DNA of 5,445 nucleotides from assembly GCA_000214015.2 (NCBI GenBank), contig CAID01000015.2, positions 381,878-387,322 of the forward strand, given 5' to 3'. The notes below the pieces were generated by a model, which was not told the origin of the DNA, made no database searches, and was given only the letters and a program-made list of their open reading frames with translations. Positions within the stretch are counted from its first letter, which is position 1, and every line of letters begins with the position of its first letter. Positions 4,648 to 5,445 of the stretch are shown one piece after another. The stretch is from Ostreococcus tauri (Eukaryota). Both the position numbers and the translations under genes were made by a program.

Positions 4648-5445
4648 ATGGACGCGCGCGCGATGTCGAGGGCGAGCGATGACGTGTGCGTGGACCCGGA
4701 CGCGTACGTGAGCTCGGACGAGGACGGGACGTCGGCGAGGACGCGGGGGGCGTGGACGCGGGACGCGCGGCGCGTCGCGGGCGAAGACGTCGACGCGCGA
4801 CGGGGGACGATCGCGCGCTTCGAGGCGCTGTTGGAGGAGACGTTCCCGAACGGGGCGATCGCGAGCGTGCGGTGGGATCGGGTGGTGATGAAGACGCAGC
4901 GAGACGCGCGGTTCGGGATGGTGGGGACGCACGCCGAGCGGCGGGCGGCGTTCGAGGCGTACGCGAGACGACGACGGGACGACATGGCGAACGCGCGGGC
5001 GCCGAACGCGCGCGTGAAGCGAAGGAGGGACCCGGAGGCGGAGGCGCGGGCGTTGCGAGCGCGCGAGGCGGAGGCGATGCGATCGACGCGCGAGGCGGAG
5101 CGAGTTTCCGCGCGACGCAAGGATGCGCTCTTCGCGGACGCCGCGGACGCGGCGTTCTCCGCCATGTGCGCCGAACGCGTGAAGACGTACACGAGATCGT
5201 ACGAAGAATCGTTCGATCGAGATCTCGCGGGTGATCCCTTGGGACGAGACGACGTGAGTAAGCTCAGAGGGGGAGAGTCGCGCGCGCGCGAGCTGTACGC
5301 CGAACACGTCGCGCGCGTCGAGCGCACGCTCAAGACGGAATTCGAGAAGCTCGCGAGGAAGATGATCGATATAAAAGTCGTCGAGGCAGTGAGCGATGAC
5401 TCCGCTCTAACCGAGGCCCAGGATGATGGACACGCGACGATCGAC
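4648..5445 (+). CDS. FF-domain protein (PRP40/TCERG1-type FF repeats), 3'-truncated by the window edge; not in the supplied ORF track
   Basis: I translated frame 1 by hand; it is open from the TGA at 4591-4593 to the window end. The first ATG is at 4648 in context acgATGg, with an alternative ATG at 4660. The translation starts MDARAMSRASDDVCVDPDAYVSSDEDG... FF1 (about 4807-4968) is 'TIARFEALLEETFPNGAIASVRWDRVVMKTQRDARFGMVGTHAERRAAFEAYARR'. It matches the FF signature F-x2-LL...W...D-x-R-[YF]...E-[RK]-x3-F-x2-Y. FF2 (about 5125-5319) is 'ALFADAADAAFSAMCAERVKTYTRSYEESFDRDLAGDPL...SRARELYAEHVARV'. A third repeat seems to begin at 'EFEKLARKMID'. No WW domain is encoded between the start and FF1. 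Confidence 0.8.
   Translation, partial: MDARAMSRASDDVCVDPDAYVSSDEDGTSARTRGAWTRDARRVAGEDVDARRGTIARFEALLEETFPNGAIASVRWDRVVMKTQRDARFGMVGTHAERRAAFEAYARRRRDDMANARAPNARVKRRRDPEAEARALRAREAEAMRSTREAERVSARRKDALFADAADAAFSAMCAERVKTYTRSYEESFDRDLAGDPLGRDDVSKLRGGESRARELYAEHVARVERTLKTEFEKLARKMIDIKVVEAVSDDSALTEAQDDGHATID

Noticed and set aside
4227-4711. + strand ORFs 4227..4682 (151 aa), 4252..4593 (113 aa) and 4430..4711 (93 aa)
   Set aside because: Arg/Pro/Ala low complexity encoded by CG repeats and palindromes, with no motifs. They overlap each other and the better-supported features.
5254-5267. GTGAGT...CAG inside the FF gene, resembling splice donor and acceptor sites
   Set aside because: The GT..AG interval is only 14 nt, far too short for an intron. 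Read-through stays in frame and continues the second FF domain pattern (…SKLRGGESRARELYAEHV…).
4333-5333. Two long minus-strand ORFs (4333..5307, 324 aa; 4386..5333, 315 aa) that look like the main genes of this region in the ORF track
   Set aside because: Their translations are Arg/Ala/Ser/Pro low-complexity with no recognisable motifs, and they lie antisense to a frame that encodes clear FF domains. Long stop-free antisense frames are expected in DNA this GC-rich. Only the last 64 codons of 4386..5333, outside the FF gene, are kept as a tentative small ORF.
1-5445. A prokaryotic-type novel system (defence island, operon, CRISPR array, toxin-antitoxin pair, transposon)
   Set aside because: There are no direct-repeat/spacer arrays, terminal inverted repeats, transposase or integrase motifs, or co-directional tightly coupled ORFs with RBSs. 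The positive evidence points to a eukaryotic nuclear locus: FF domains, a tRNA with a 37/38 intron, and a Pol III T-run.

Overview
This window reads as GC-rich, gene-dense eukaryotic nuclear DNA, not prokaryotic DNA. The evidence is FF domains, an intron-containing tRNA with internal A/B boxes, an oligo-T Pol III terminator, and no operon or Shine-Dalgarno logic. Composition and compactness would fit a picoeukaryote such as a mamiellophycean green alga, but that is inference only. Content from left to right: (1) The 3' part of a group-A FAD-dependent monooxygenase (+, 1..1122). (2) Only 37 bp later and converging on it, a 760-aa orphan protein (-, 1160..3442). It has N-terminal ~33-residue Trp/Arg repeats reminiscent of Sfi1 centrin-binding repeats, a Ser/Thr-rich linker, a TM helix, a ~175-aa coiled coil, a second hydrophobic segment and an acidic tail. 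(3) A ~600-bp CpG-saturated spacer with one sharp AT-rich TATA island. (4) A tRNA-Thr(CGU) gene (-, 4052..4180) with a 55-nt intron and a T8 terminator, which an ORF track cannot show. (5) A possible 64-aa single-TM ORF (-, 4386..4580). (6) The 5' part of an FF-domain protein (+, 4648..>5445). It is absent from the ORF track because it runs off the window, and the two >300-aa minus-strand ORFs listed there are antisense shadows. I see no CRISPR array, mobile element or prokaryotic-style defence system. The points most worth a second look are the orphan membrane/coiled-coil protein, the atypical tRNA, the hidden small ORF, the over-representation of the palindromic word CGTCGACG, and a marked 5'->3' GC3 decay within genes.
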